Below are positions 10,931 to 23,753 of a DNA stretch of 64,000 nt, in pieces (the stretch's first letter is position 1; each line of letters opens with the position of its first letter). The position numbers and the translations under genes are program-made. The stretch comes from an uncultured delta proteobacterium. Lineage in GTDB: Bacteria > Desulfobacterota > Binatia > UBA9968. The stretch lies in contig CAVYTU010000013.1 of assembly GCA_963771465.1 (NCBI GenBank), forward strand, positions 320,001-384,000, given 5' to 3'. The notes under the pieces are model-generated. The model was not told the origin of the DNA. It searched no databases and saw only the letters and a list, made by a program, of their open reading frames with translations.

Positions 10931-11917
10931 TCAGATGTTAAGTTCCTTCGACCGATCGTAATCATGTCTGCCGCCGGCAACTGCTCCCAAAGGAAAAATT
11001 TCATTGATGGCAGCAAGCTCGTCAGCGTTCAGTGAGATTTCCGCCGCTGCGGCATTGGCTTCCAGATTGGCGATCTGATAGGTGCCGGGAATCGGCACGA
11101 AGAAATCGCCTTGATGGAGAATCCACGCCAGCGCCAGCTGCGCGACGGAACATTTTTTTGAATCGGCGATTTGTTCCAACTCTTTGAGCAAACCAACATT
11201 GCGCGCAAAGTTCTGCTCGTGAAAGCGCGGCCCGCGCCGTTTCGCTTCCGCCGCGCCGAGCTGTGCGAAGTCGCGCCATTTCCCGCTCAAGAAGCCGCGC
11301 CCCAGCGCGTAGTACGCAACGTAGCCGATACCCAGCTCGCGGCAGACGGGTATCGTGTTGGCTTCATAGTCGCGCGTCCAAAGCGAGTATTCACTCTGGA
11401 CGGCGGCGATCGGATGCACCGCGTTGGCCCGGCGCAATGTTTGCGGCCCCGCTTCGCTCAAACCGAGATGGCGAACCTTGCCTTGCTCGACAAGCTTCGC
11501 CATGGCGCCAACGGTGTCTTCGATCGGCACTTTGGGATCGACACGGTGCAAGTAATAAAGATCAATATAGTCGGTTTGCAGACGCTCGAGCGAATGATCG
11601 CAGGCCCACGCGACATACTCCGGCTTGCCCTCGACTGCGCGGCCATTCGCCCACGGCTGGCCGCGCAGGTTGCCGAATTTGGTCGTGAGCACGACCTCGC
11701 CGCGCCGATGCTTCAATACCTTGGCGAGAATCTCTTCGTTGTTGCCGTTGTTATGATCGGCGCTGTCGATGAAGTTGATGCCGATGTCGATGGCGCGGTG
11801 CAACACCCGAATCGCATGGGTTTCTTCGGCGTCGCTCAGTTTGCCCTGAAACGGCGGACAGCCGTAACCGATGGCGGAAACTTTCAATCTGTCTTTGCCA
11901 AGGAAACGATCCTTCAT
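10931..11917 (-). CDS. Aldo/keto reductase
   Basis: DYIDLYYLHRVD, GKVRHLGLSE, QSEYSLW, PIPGT. Confidence 0.95.
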   Translation of the reverse strand: MKDRFLGKDRLKVSAIGYGCPPFQGKLSDAEETHAIRVLHRAIDIGINFIDSADHNNGNNEEILAKVLKHRRGEVVLTTKFGNLRGQPWANGRAVEGKPEYVAWACDHSLERLQTDYIDLYYLHRVDPKVPIEDTVGAMAKLVEQGKVRHLGLSEAGPQTLRRANAVHPIAAVQSEYSLWTRDYEANTIPVCRELGIGYVAYYALGRGFLSGKWRDFAQLGAAEAKRRGPRFHEQNFARNVGLLKELEQIADSKKCSVAQLALAWILHQGDFFVPIPGTYQIANLEANAAAAEISLNADELAAINEIFPLGAVAGGRHDYDRSKELNI

Positions 11918-12014
11918 AAGAATTCCTCTATTGGGTTCGATAATGATCTCTCACTCGACCCACACATTCACTCCAACTTTCGCATCCGGGGTAGTGCAGG
12001 CGTTAACATCGTGC

Positions 12015-12053
12015 TGTGAACGTCGTTTACACCTGATGTAAACAGCGTTTACA
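12015..12053. promoter_or_regulatory. Two tandem palindromes, candidate enhancer-binding-protein UAS
   Basis: TGTGAAC-GTC-GTTTACA (12015-12031) and TGTAAAC-AGC-GTTTACA (12037-12053), 22 bp apart. Confidence 0.65.
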
Positions 12054-12135
12054 GTGAATTGCGAAAATTCCATCCTGCGTTGGCCGCTCTACCCGAGGCA
12101 CACGGACGTAATCGCTACAATTGCCGCGCAAAAAT

Positions 12136-12150
12136 TGGCACGACTCATGC
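12136..12150 (+). promoter_or_regulatory. Sigma54 (-24/-12) promoter
   Basis: TGGCACGACTCATGC has GG-N10-GC spacing and lies upstream of the OsmC-like gene. Confidence 0.65.
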
Positions 12151-12308
12151 GTTATTGTGGAAGCCAGTCTGCATTACTGTATGTTTCAACCGTCGGACAA
12201 TCGCGTCAGCCGAGCAGTATTGAGCGTAAGCAGTGCCGCCGCAATTGGTGACCCACCGAGTGAGCATTCGAGCGCAGCAACACTTGACGAAAGGAAAGCC
12301 CACAGTCC

Positions 12309-12855
12309 ATGAACGACCGGATCAACGGCTTTCAGCGTGACGATCTCGAACGATTGAAAAAAGAGCTGAACGCCAACCCGGACACCGGGATATTTCAAAT
12401 TACGCGCGAAAAATCGTTGGATCGATGGCACCCAAAGCCTTAGCCTAGTCAGCAGTTTCTACGGCATGTGCCGCGAGTTTAGCGTGCGCAGCACGCCGTT
12501 TATTCAAACCACAGACGCGCCGCCGGTACTATTGGGCAAGGATCTCGGGCCGACGCCGATGGAAGAGCTGCTCGTCGCGCTCGCCGCATCCATAACCATG
12601 ACACTCGCCTATCGTGCCGCGGTGGCGGGCATCGAAGTTGAAGAGATTGAGTGCGAAGTAGAAGGGGATATGAATCTTCATAGCGTCGTGGATCCGGCGA
12701 TCAGCGGAGCGCAAGGTTTTGATCAAATCCGCGTCACGGTCCGCGTCAAGTCGGCGGCGAGTGAAGAACAAATAGCCGCTCTATGCGCTTCGTCCCCGGT
12801 CTTGGCGTCGCTCAAACGGCCGATCCCGGTTTCGATTTCGGTGAAAAAGGATTAG
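12309..12855 (+). CDS. OsmC family protein, +1 frameshift near 12397
   Basis: MNDRING..; removing one A from CAAATTA gives FQLRAKNRWIDG, in frame with DAPPVLLGKDLGPTPMEELL..EGDMNL. Confidence 0.8.
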
Positions 12856-12928
12856 CCGGCCAGCTTCGGAGTTAAAACTATCATTCTTTGGGTACTTCGC
12901 GCTCCCGGCGGTTAACGTTCCGAATTCT

Positions 12929-14395
12929 TTACTTCAGCAGATAGCCGAACATCTCGCGCGCTTTGCGGGTGACTTCTTGGCTCGGGGCGTTGACCTTGGG
13001 GAATTTATCGCGCCACTCGTAGGGCCGGGTGGCGTCGATGACCATTCTAGAATTGGTAAAGTCGCGGACCTTACGCTGCTCCGGGGTCAGGCGCGGATCG
13101 GCCGGGGTGCTGCGCATGCGCCTTAGGATATCCACCGAAGTCGCCGGGTCGGAGCGTGATAACATCGCCCACATCAGCTGGTCGAGATTCGACACGTCGA
13201 TGTCGTCGTCGACGACGATCACCATTTTCAAGCCATAGACACTGGCGCCGCAGCTCGCGGCCAACACACCGACCTGCTTGGCGTGGCCCGGATAACGCTG
13301 CTTGATCGCCACCGCGACCAGCATGCGCGATGCGCCTATCTCATGGGGCCAGACTTGGGTGACGTCGGGGACACCGGTATTGCGCAGTTGCTGTTTGAGC
13401 ATCGCCGAGCGCATGATCGCGCGGTAGCGCGCCATCTCATCCGAGCCGCCGCCGATGGGCGGCACGCCGAGAATGATCGGATCGTTACGGTGATAGATCG
13501 CCTCGATTTCCAAAACGGGTTGCGCGCTTTCGTCCGAAGCGTAGTAGCCGGCCCACTCACCGAACGGACCTTCGAACTTGCGATTGTCGTTGTTCAAAAA
13601 ACCTTCGAAGACGATTTCTGAGTTGGCCGGAAACGGTAGCCCAGTAATCTTGCCGCGCACGCATTCCACCGGCTTGCCACGCATGCCGCCGACGACATCG
13701 TACTCGCAGACACCGTACGGATGCTCGGTGCCGGCCATGAAAAAAAACAGCGGATCGCCGCCGAGCACCAACGCCATCGGCATTTTTTCGCCCTTGCTAA
13801 AATATTTTTCCCGGTGCATGTAGCCATGCTTGCCGGGCACCATGAGCAAACTTACGGTTTTCTTGTCCTGAATCATCGCCCGGTAGCAGCCGGCATTGAT
13901 CCATTTCTCGTCCGGGTCCATGGTGACGGAATAGCAGCCCGTGCCGATGTAACGACCGCCGTCGCCGACATGCCAGATCGGCGTGGGAAATTTTTCGACG
14001 TCGACGTTAGCTTTTTGGATAACGTTCTCAAAAACCGGCCCGTTGTCGACGAACACGGGAGGAATATTTTGCGGCGTTTTTTGATAATGGTCGAAGTAAG
14101 CGTCGCTCAATTCTTGTTTAGTCAAACCCTGTGGAAAACCGAATGTCATCGCGCGGCGTTTGCCGGCAAACGTGTTGATGATCACGCGAAAGCCCTTCGG
14201 ACAACCCGGCACCTCGTCGAAGACCACCGCCGGCCCGTCGTCGGGCGGCACGACAACATCGGTGGCGAGGCCGATCTCTTCCTGCCACGACGCGCCGCGC
14301 ACAATCTTGAGCTCACCGAGTTTCTCGGCTTCAGCCATCCACTCGCGCAAATCGGTAAATGCCAATTGCGGTTGGATCTTTGAGCTGTCGAACAT
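12929..14395 (-). CDS. UbiD family (prFMN-dependent) decarboxylase
   Basis: DLREW, DGGRYIGT, EGPFGEWAGYY, VVDDDIDV, MVIDATRP. Confidence 0.95.
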   Translation of the reverse strand: MFDSSKIQPQLAFTDLREWMAEAEKLGELKIVRGASWQEEIGLATDVVVPPDDGPAVVFDEVPGCPKGFRVIINTFAGKRRAMTFGFPQGLTKQELSDAYFDHYQKTPQNIPPVFVDNGPVFENVIQKANVDVEKFPTPIWHVGDGGRYIGTGCYSVTMDPDEKWINAGCYRAMIQDKKTVSLLMVPGKHGYMHREKYFSKGEKMPMALVLGGDPLFFFMAGTEHPYGVCEYDVVGGMRGKPVECVRGKITGLPFPANSEIVFEGFLNNDNRKFEGPFGEWAGYYASDESAQPVLEIEAIYHRNDPIILGVPPIGGGSDEMARYRAIMRSAMLKQQLRNTGVPDVTQVWPHEIGASRMLVAVAIKQRYPGHAKQVGVLAASCGASVYGLKMVIVVDDDIDVSNLDQLMWAMLSRSDPATSVDILRRMRSTPADPRLTPEQRKVRDFTNSRMVIDATRPYEWRDKFPKVNAPSQEVTRKAREMFGYLLK

Positions 14396-14529
14396 GGGTC
14401 CCCTCCGATCACGACTTCCTTGTCAGCCATATCGCCAAGAATCGGCGCCGCTGTCAACTCCGCTAGTACGGCCACGTTGAATGTCAACACGCATAGCCCA
14501 GCGAGCGATCTTGCCTTGGCCATGACAGA

Positions 14530-15159
14530 ATGCGAAATTACCTCTACATGACCAATCGACCCAACATAACCAGGCGAAGGTTTCTGGTATCGTCGTTCCT
14601 GATCCTACCCGAGTTGGAACTCGCAGGATCGTTCTTCGATTGGCAAACGCTTGCGGCAACGCGAGAGCTGCAAGCGACGCCATCCTGCGGCGATGCTGAC
14701 GGCACGACGCCCCAGCAAACTGCCGGCCCGTTCTTCAAGCCGCGCTCGCCGGAACGGAAGTCCTTGCTCGAAGCGGGTATCCGAGGAAGCAGAATCATCC
14801 TGGAAGGCTTGGTGCGCTCAACCAAGTGTCAACCGATCCATAACGCACTGGTGGACTTCTGGCAGGCTGACGCAAACGGCGACTACGACAATAGCGGGTT
14901 TAGGCTGCGCGGCCACCAGTTTACCGACGGAGCCGGCAGATATCGCCTAGATACCATCGTGCCGGGAGTCTATCCCGGACGGACGCGACATATTCACGTC
15001 CGCGTGCAAGCGCCTAACGGTCCGCTGCTCACGACCCAACTCTATTTTCCCGGCGAAACGGAAAACCGCCGCGACGGGATATTCAATGCCAAACTACTAA
15101 TGGCTGTGAACGACTCGGCAAACGTGAAGGCAGCCAACTTTGACTTCGTATTACGATAG
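14530..15159 (+). CDS. Intradiol ring-cleavage dioxygenase-like protein with Tat-like signal
   Basis: TRRRFL, TAGPFF, DFWQADANGDY, PGVYPGRTRHIH. Confidence 0.85.
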   Translation: MRNYLYMTNRPNITRRRFLVSSFLILPELELAGSFFDWQTLAATRELQATPSCGDADGTTPQQTAGPFFKPRSPERKSLLEAGIRGSRIILEGLVRSTKCQPIHNALVDFWQADANGDYDNSGFRLRGHQFTDGAGRYRLDTIVPGVYPGRTRHIHVRVQAPNGPLLTTQLYFPGETENRRDGIFNAKLLMAVNDSANVKAANFDFVLR

Positions 15160-15293
15160 CTGAAATTTTTCGTGGCTCACACCAACTTTCAGTGCCAATG
15201 GTCCTGGAAACCCCAACGTTGACTGCGATTTTGAAATAGGAAAGAATCGCTCCCATCAAGAACCGCGTTGATCAAACGAGCGAGGAATCCCTA

Positions 15294-16361
15294 ATGATTA
15301 TCGATGCTGATGCCCACGTTGTCGAAACCGAGCAAACCTGGAGCTACATGGACGGCGCCGACAAGAAATTTCGCCCCCAGCTTTTCAGCTCGGCGGACAA
15401 TCCCAATATGCAGTATTGGTTTTGCGAGGGAAAGTCCGTCGGCTTTCGGCCGCCGACGCTGACCGAACAGGAGCTGATCGCGTTGTCCAAAGAAACCGGC
15501 CGCGAGCTCAAGACCGCCGCCGGCGCGCGCGAGCTGCGCGATATTGAATTGCGTTTGCAGCATATGGACAAGCTCGGCATCGACGTCCAGATCCTGTTCA
15601 ACACCATGTGGATCGCACGCGTCGCCGACAAGGCCGAAGCCGAGATCGCTCTGTGCAGCTCTTGGAACCGCTGGATGGCCGACATGTGGCAGGCCGGCAA
15701 AAATCGCCTGCGCTGGTCCTGCGTCGTGCCGGCGATGACGCTCAGCGAAGCGGTGCAGCAAATGCGCTTCGCCAAGGAGCATGGCGCCGTGGCCGTCAGC
15801 TTGCGCCCGTTCGAAGACGACAAACATCTTGTCGATCCGTATTTTTATCCGATCTACGAAGAAGCGACGCGGCTCAATCTTGCCGTTGCCGTGCATATCG
15901 CCAACGGCAGCCCGCAGCTGCTGGATCAATTCAAGCCGCGCTACGACAAGATGGGCGGCTTCGCGCAGTTCCGCATTCCCACCGTCATCACTTGTCTATC
16001 GTTGATGATGAGCGACGTGCCGAAAACATTTTCCAAGCTCAACTGGAGCTTCGTCGAAGCGTCGGCCCAATGGGTGCCTTGGGTGGTCAAAGAAGCGACG
16101 CGCCGTTCGGGCAGCAAAGGTTTTCCCAAACTGCCGTTTAAGGATTTTAATATTTACGTCACCACGGAAACCAACGACGACTTCGACTTCGTGCTGCGCT
16201 ACGCCGGCGAAGACAACATCGTGATCGGCACCGACTACGGCCACACCGACGCCTCGAGCGAAGTCGACGCCATCGATATTTTCCGCGCTAACAAAGAAGT
16301 CGCCGATCCGGTGAAGAAAAAAATCTTGGACGACAACCCGCGCCGGCTGTACGCGTTATAA
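15294..16361 (+). CDS. Amidohydrolase family 2 protein
   Basis: IDADAHVVE, AVHIANG, GTDYGHTD. Confidence 0.9.
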   Translation: MIIDADAHVVETEQTWSYMDGADKKFRPQLFSSADNPNMQYWFCEGKSVGFRPPTLTEQELIALSKETGRELKTAAGARELRDIELRLQHMDKLGIDVQILFNTMWIARVADKAEAEIALCSSWNRWMADMWQAGKNRLRWSCVVPAMTLSEAVQQMRFAKEHGAVAVSLRPFEDDKHLVDPYFYPIYEEATRLNLAVAVHIANGSPQLLDQFKPRYDKMGGFAQFRIPTVITCLSLMMSDVPKTFSKLNWSFVEASAQWVPWVVKEATRRSGSKGFPKLPFKDFNIYVTTETNDDFDFVLRYAGEDNIVIGTDYGHTDASSEVDAIDIFRANKEVADPVKKKILDDNPRRLYAL

Positions 16362-16500
16362 GAATGTATCGTTCGCAAAGAACGCATAGGACCAAAAAAT
16401 AGAAATTTGAATCTACGCGGCTATTTAGTTCTGGTGAATTTACCCCTGGGGCAACGTCGCGAGCACTCCAGTGAATCGGCTTTCCTTTAACGTTTCACCC

Positions 16501-18892
<2,392 letters not shown>

Positions 18893-18967
18893 CACCGACG
18901 AGACAAAGGTTCGGCGAGAAAATGTTTTCGCCATGCGCCGGCTTAGCATTGACCGCGGCCGGTTATT

Positions 18968-20032
18968 CTATAGGCCATAGAATGTCCGGGAATTGCGCTC
19001 GAGAATTTTCTCCGCCTGAGCGTTAGTGATTCTGCCTTCGTCCACCCAGCCGCGAACTTCGTCGAGCGCGCTCAGGTTGGCGGAGATGTCGGTGTGGCTG
19101 TAATCGGTGCCGATCATTAGGTTATCTTCGGTGCCGAACTTCAGTAAAGACTCGATGTCGTCGATGGGGTCGATGGTGACGAATAACCGATTGGCGCGAA
19201 ACAGTTCCGGTTCGAGTTCAAACAGACGGGGCAATCGCGTCTGTTGCCCGCGCAGCGCTTGGCGTTTTACCGCGCCCAATTGGGATATCGTATAGGGAAT
19301 CCACGAAGCTCCCGACTCGATCAATCCAAACCGCAGTCTCGGGAACTGCTTGGCAACTCCGGAACTCACCAGTGCGGCACAGGAGTACATTATCGGGAAG
19401 CCTCTATCCCATTCATGTCCCGGCAGCGGATGGCCGGTGTGGATGCACACGGGCAGGCCGAGGGCGCTGGCTTCTTCGTAAATTGGAAAAAAGTGCGGGT
19501 CGGTGACAGTCCTGTCGAGGTCAAAGCCGCGCTTGAAGATGGCGCAGGCGCCGTGCTCCTTCGCCCAGCGCAACTCGTCAACGGCTTTTTCAGGTCGAAG
19601 TAGCGGCAGCACGGCGGCCCATTGAAGGCGCCCGTTGGTTTGCGCACATTTCTCTGCCAGCCAGCGGTTGTAGGTCGTGGTCAGCGCCCATTCCGCTTCC
19701 GCGTTGTTGGTGTTGTAGCGGATGAAGAAAGTCGGGAAGATGACCTGCACCGCTACGCCCATCTTGTCCATGTGGGCCAGGCGTCCCGCCACGTCTTCGA
19801 GCTCACGAAAAACGCGCAGAGGATGATTGACCTCATCTCGGATGGCCCGGTTTTGCAACCTGCCTTCAACGACCCAGCAGCGGCGGTTGGTGGCGTTAAA
19901 GCCGGCGCGTTTGGCCTCGTCCGGTGGCAGTGACGTGGTCACCGGTATGTACTTCGCATAGGGAGTCCCATCCAACTTCTTCCAGGTGTCTTCGGACTCG
20001 TCAACGTGAGTATCGGCATCGATCATTGACAT
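18968..20032 (-). CDS. Amidohydrolase family 2 protein
   Basis: IDADTHVDE, CIHTG, GTDYSHTD. Confidence 0.9.
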   Translation of the reverse strand: MSMIDADTHVDESEDTWKKLDGTPYAKYIPVTTSLPPDEAKRAGFNATNRRCWVVEGRLQNRAIRDEVNHPLRVFRELEDVAGRLAHMDKMGVAVQVIFPTFFIRYNTNNAEAEWALTTTYNRWLAEKCAQTNGRLQWAAVLPLLRPEKAVDELRWAKEHGACAIFKRGFDLDRTVTDPHFFPIYEEASALGLPVCIHTGHPLPGHEWDRGFPIMYSCAALVSSGVAKQFPRLRFGLIESGASWIPYTISQLGAVKRQALRGQQTRLPRLFELEPELFRANRLFVTIDPIDDIESLLKFGTEDNLMIGTDYSHTDISANLSALDEVRGWVDEGRITNAQAEKILERNSRTFYGL

Positions 20033-20117
20033 GGAAAATCCTCCGCAAATAGTTCGCGAGCCATACGTCGCTCAGATGTTCTGAATACGGTTATAGCGTC
20101 TCGATTTCTCTGTCAAA

Positions 20118-20504
20118 TCAGGCGACCTTGGCGCCGCGATCGAGCAGCAGCTGTCGAAGCACGGACCGATGGCAGTGGGACTCAATTTCGCAATAGCAGC
20201 CCACCGAGAATTGCGCTCCATGTGACAGCGCAGCGAGTAGATCGAGGACTCTGCTATTTTCGGGCCTTGCCATCTCAGCGCGATAGCGCTTTACAAATTT
20301 AGCCCACTGACGCTCGCTGTCAGCGCTCAGTGCCAGTTTCACCGTCGCCGGCAAAGGCGCGAGGTTGGGAAACCAGACATCGTACCAGTTGCCAGACGAG
20401 AATTTAGCTTTGGAAACTCCCCGCGGCGGGCGCCGCACTGTGCCGATGCGCAATCCTTCATTAGGAGTTCTTTCACTACCAAGACGGACGATTCGGATGG
20501 CCAT
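20118..20504 (-). CDS. DUF488 family protein
   Basis: RIGTVRRPPRGV, WFPNLAP, CYCEIESHCHRSVL. Confidence 0.85.
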   Translation of the reverse strand: MAIRIVRLGSERTPNEGLRIGTVRRPPRGVSKAKFSSGNWYDVWFPNLAPLPATVKLALSADSERQWAKFVKRYRAEMARPENSRVLDLLAALSHGAQFSVGCYCEIESHCHRSVLRQLLLDRGAKVA

Positions 20505-20617
20505 GTATTCTCGACTTTCGCGCTGGGTTCAGCGCATCGGAAAAAACTCAGTTACTTGGATCAATTCAAACTAGATGTTTTGAAGGATGGGTGCCGCGAT
20601 ACCCGTTATATGTTTCG

Positions 20618-20995
20618 CTATCCGTCAGCGCCGCATGTGAGATAGCGCCATCGCATGGGAAGAATTTCGCGTGTAAGTGGGTTGAGCATGAAGCCGAGGG
20701 TTTCGAGCGTGACCGCGCCGAGCAATGCGCCGTCGTTTTTGTCGCCGAGCACAACCGGAGATGTGGCCGACTCGCCACGAATCTCGAACCAACACTCGGA
20801 AACGCCGCGTGTGATGGCCGTGCCATCCGCCAAAGTGAATTCGACCTGGCGCTGCGGTTTGAGCCGCAGCGCCCGCCAGATTTTCTCGGGCACTACGGAG
20901 TAGATCGCGCCCGAGTCGACGAGAAACCGCACGTCTCGTGAAGGACCTCGACCGGCAGACTTGCGAAGTCGCGCATGCACATAGGTAAGACCCAT
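20618..20995 (-). CDS. Clan AA (retropepsin-like) aspartyl protease
   Basis: FLVDSGA, FTLADG, ALLGAVTLETLG. Confidence 0.85.
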   Translation of the reverse strand: MGLTYVHARLRKSAGRGPSRDVRFLVDSGAIYSVVPEKIWRALRLKPQRQVEFTLADGTAITRGVSECWFEIRGESATSPVVLGDKNDGALLGAVTLETLGFMLNPLTREILPMRWRYLTCGADG

Positions 20996-21203
20996 ACAAT
21001 AATCCTATAGCACGGCCAATTTGCGGTCAACTACAGTCGGTGCCATTGAGTTTCGCAGGATTGTTGAGGTCACTCGGCTGATCCAATCAGCGCCGCGATG
21101 GCTATTTTATAAATAGTTTCTTTTACGCAGCCGTTTGACTTGCGTGGCGGCTAATCAATATTCAGCCGAGCTGAAAAGCGTTCAAATCAAGGATTGCGCT
21201 GCC

Positions 21204-22577
21204 ATGCCCAAAGACTTACGCAGTTTCATCGCCGAATTGGAAGCCAAGCATCCCGAAGAAGTCGCGCGCGTGACCCAACCGATCTCGCCGCGCTATGAGA
21301 TCACGGCGCTGCTGACGCAATTGGAGAAAGCCAAACGCTTTCCTTTACTCTACTGTGAAAACGTCGAAGGCAGCGACGCGCCGGTGGTGATCAACGCGCA
21401 GGCGAGCCGCAAGCTGATGGCGCTGGCGTTGGAGTGCAAAGCGGAAGAACTCGCCGCGAAATTTACCGAGCGCCAGGGCAAACCGATGGCGCCGGTGGAA
21501 GTAGCCGACGCGCCGGTGCACGAAGTCGTCAAGCTCGGCGACGATGTCGATCTTACTCAAGTGCCGCTGCTCACTCACTATGATGTGAACGCCGCGCCTT
21601 ATGTCACGGCGGGCATTGTCGTCGCCGCTGATGCCGATTCAGGCGTTAGAAACACCAGCTATAACCGGCTGATGATGGCGCGCAAGCGCGAGTTGAGAAT
21701 TTTCATGGCGATCGGCCGCCACCTGTGGACGCTGCAAAACAAAGCGGAACAACGCAACCAAGCGCTGCCCGTCGCCATCGTCGTCGGCGTTCATCCGCTG
21801 TTTTCCCTCGGCGCCCAGGCGTTCACGCCGTCGACCGATGATGAGTACGCCGTCATCGGCGGCATGATGAACGAAGCGCTGCGCGTGGTGAAGGCGAAAA
21901 CCGTGCCGATTTTAGTTCCGGCCGACGCGGAATTGATTATCGAAGGAACGATTTTGCCCAATGTCCGGCGCGAGGAAGGGCCGTTCGGCGAGTTCACCGG
22001 CCATGCGGTTTCCAAAGACGAGCGCCAAGTGATCGAGGTCAGCGCGATTACGCATCGCAAGAACTATATTTTCCAAGATGTCCATGCCGGTTACACCGAG
22101 CACAAGCTCATGGGCGCAGTGCCGCGCGAGGCAGCGTTGATCAAAGCCGTGCGCCAAACCGTGCCGACGGTGAAAAACGTCTGCATGCCAGTATCGGGCA
22201 ATTGCCGTTTTCACGCCTACATTTCGATTTCCAAGCGCACGCCCGGCCAGGCGAAGAACGCGATCTGCGCCGCCTTCGCGTCCGACATGTTGTTGAAGCA
22301 TGTCGTCATTGTCGACGATGACATTGACGTCTTCGACGAAGAGCAGGTGCTCTGGGCGGTGTCCAATCGCTTTCAGGCCGACCGCGGTCTCGTCGTGATA
22401 GCGAACGCCCAAGGCAGCGAGCTCGACCCGTCCGCCGGCCCCGGCGGCGTCAACGCCAAGATGGGCTTGGACGCGACCAAGCCGCTGACCGGTTTCGCGC
22501 CTGAGTTACGAGTGCCGGAAGCAGTGATGCAAAAAATTCGCCTGGAAGATTATTTGCCGAAACTGAGCAAACCGTGA
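21204..22577 (+). CDS. UbiD family decarboxylase
   Basis: KDLRSFI, EEGPFGEFTGH, IVDDDIDV, SELDPS, KMGLDATKP. Confidence 0.95.
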   Translation: MPKDLRSFIAELEAKHPEEVARVTQPISPRYEITALLTQLEKAKRFPLLYCENVEGSDAPVVINAQASRKLMALALECKAEELAAKFTERQGKPMAPVEVADAPVHEVVKLGDDVDLTQVPLLTHYDVNAAPYVTAGIVVAADADSGVRNTSYNRLMMARKRELRIFMAIGRHLWTLQNKAEQRNQALPVAIVVGVHPLFSLGAQAFTPSTDDEYAVIGGMMNEALRVVKAKTVPILVPADAELIIEGTILPNVRREEGPFGEFTGHAVSKDERQVIEVSAITHRKNYIFQDVHAGYTEHKLMGAVPREAALIKAVRQTVPTVKNVCMPVSGNCRFHAYISISKRTPGQAKNAICAAFASDMLLKHVVIVDDDIDVFDEEQVLWAVSNRFQADRGLVVIANAQGSELDPSAGPGGVNAKMGLDATKPLTGFAPELRVPEAVMQKIRLEDYLPKLSKP

Positions 22578-22595
22578 GTCGTGAAGTGAGCCGCC

Positions 22596-22657
22596 AGAAG
22601 TGAGAAGTCGGCGGTCGGATTTCAGGCTTCTGACCTCCGACCTCTGACCTCCGCCTT
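22596..22657. repeat. Heptameric tandem repeats forming an inverted pair between convergent genes
   Basis: AGAAGTG-AGAAGTC-GGCGGTC, then CTGACCT-CCGACCT-CTGACCT-CCGCCTT. Confidence 0.6.
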
Positions 22658-22659
22658 CC

Positions 22660-23631
22660 TCACTCCAACGAAAACTTCACACCCACGCCATTCGCCACCG
22701 CCCAGCGATATGCCCAGGCGGTCGTCACTGTGTCCCAGATCGGCATGCCGACTGACTCGAAGACAACCGTTTCGTTCTCATTTTGGCGCGGCGGAACCTT
22801 GCCGAGAATCACGTCACCCAACTCGCCGGCGATCTTTGCTGCCGACCAACTATCGTCGGCGATCATGGAGGAATAAGGTTGGCGCGGCGCTTCGCCGCCG
22901 AGCACTTCATCTTGCCACGACACGATCACGCGTGAGTGCGCCACCGTTTCGCGCGGCAGTTGGCCGCTGGTGATCGATACAACCAACGCACCGGGCTTGA
23001 TCCACTGGGGCTCGATCACGGGTGAGCGCGAACTGGTCGCCAAGCTAGCGATGGGCATGTTTTCCAAAGCCGCGCGCGCACTGTCCGCTGCTTCGACTTC
23101 GACTCCAAGCCGGGTTGTCATTTCCTTGGCGAAGGCATCCCGATGTTCTTTGGTGGAACTGAATACTTTCACTTTTCGCAATGACGGGACGGCGCGTGCG
23201 ATCGCCACGATCTGTCCGCGCGCTTGCCTGCCGCTGCCGATCAGCCCCAGTTGATCGGCGCCGGCAGGCGCCAAGTATTTACTGGCGACGCCGCCGGGGG
23301 CGCCGGTGCGCCAGACATTTAAGTCGCGGCCTGCCACCAGCCCCAACAAGTCGCCGCGCTCGCCGTCGAAAAGCAGGATAAAGTAAGCATCCTTGACGCC
23401 GCGAAACAGCGCACTGATGCGCATGCCTTGGCCGGCGTTAGGAACGGCCGAGGTCATGATGCGATATTTCTTCTGGCCGTCAAGCAAGCTGGTTTCGACC
23501 CGCGCCTGGCCGCCCACCGCGCCAATGCTCTGCGCGCGCATCGAGTCTTCAATCAACGGCAATAGCTCGTCCATGCGCGTCGGCGTATTTAAAAGCGGCG
23601 CGAGATCGTTTTCACTTAAGATGATCGGCAT
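22660..23631 (-). CDS. Ornithine cyclodeaminase/mu-crystallin family protein
   Basis: WRTGAPG, LIGSGRQA, LATSS, FESVGMPIWD. Confidence 0.9.
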   Translation of the reverse strand: MPIILSENDLAPLLNTPTRMDELLPLIEDSMRAQSIGAVGGQARVETSLLDGQKKYRIMTSAVPNAGQGMRISALFRGVKDAYFILLFDGERGDLLGLVAGRDLNVWRTGAPGGVASKYLAPAGADQLGLIGSGRQARGQIVAIARAVPSLRKVKVFSSTKEHRDAFAKEMTTRLGVEVEAADSARAALENMPIASLATSSRSPVIEPQWIKPGALVVSITSGQLPRETVAHSRVIVSWQDEVLGGEAPRQPYSSMIADDSWSAAKIAGELGDVILGKVPPRQNENETVVFESVGMPIWDTVTTAWAYRWAVANGVGVKFSLE

Positions 23632-23753
23632 CCGATTCTCCTACTGTTTTTCTTCTTGCACACACTCCTATCTACCTTTATCACCGCTGTCGATGGCCAC
23701 GGAACGATAAGAAATGATACTGTCGGCATGCACCTAATAATATTCTTAAGGAG

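Noticed and set aside
11171-12019. 282-aa plus-strand ORF
   Set aside because: Antisense shadow of the aldo/keto reductase, typical of GC-rich DNA.
20618-20995. Retroelement suggested by the retropepsin-like protease
   Set aside because: Small stand-alone prokaryotic family; no reverse transcriptase or integrase nearby.
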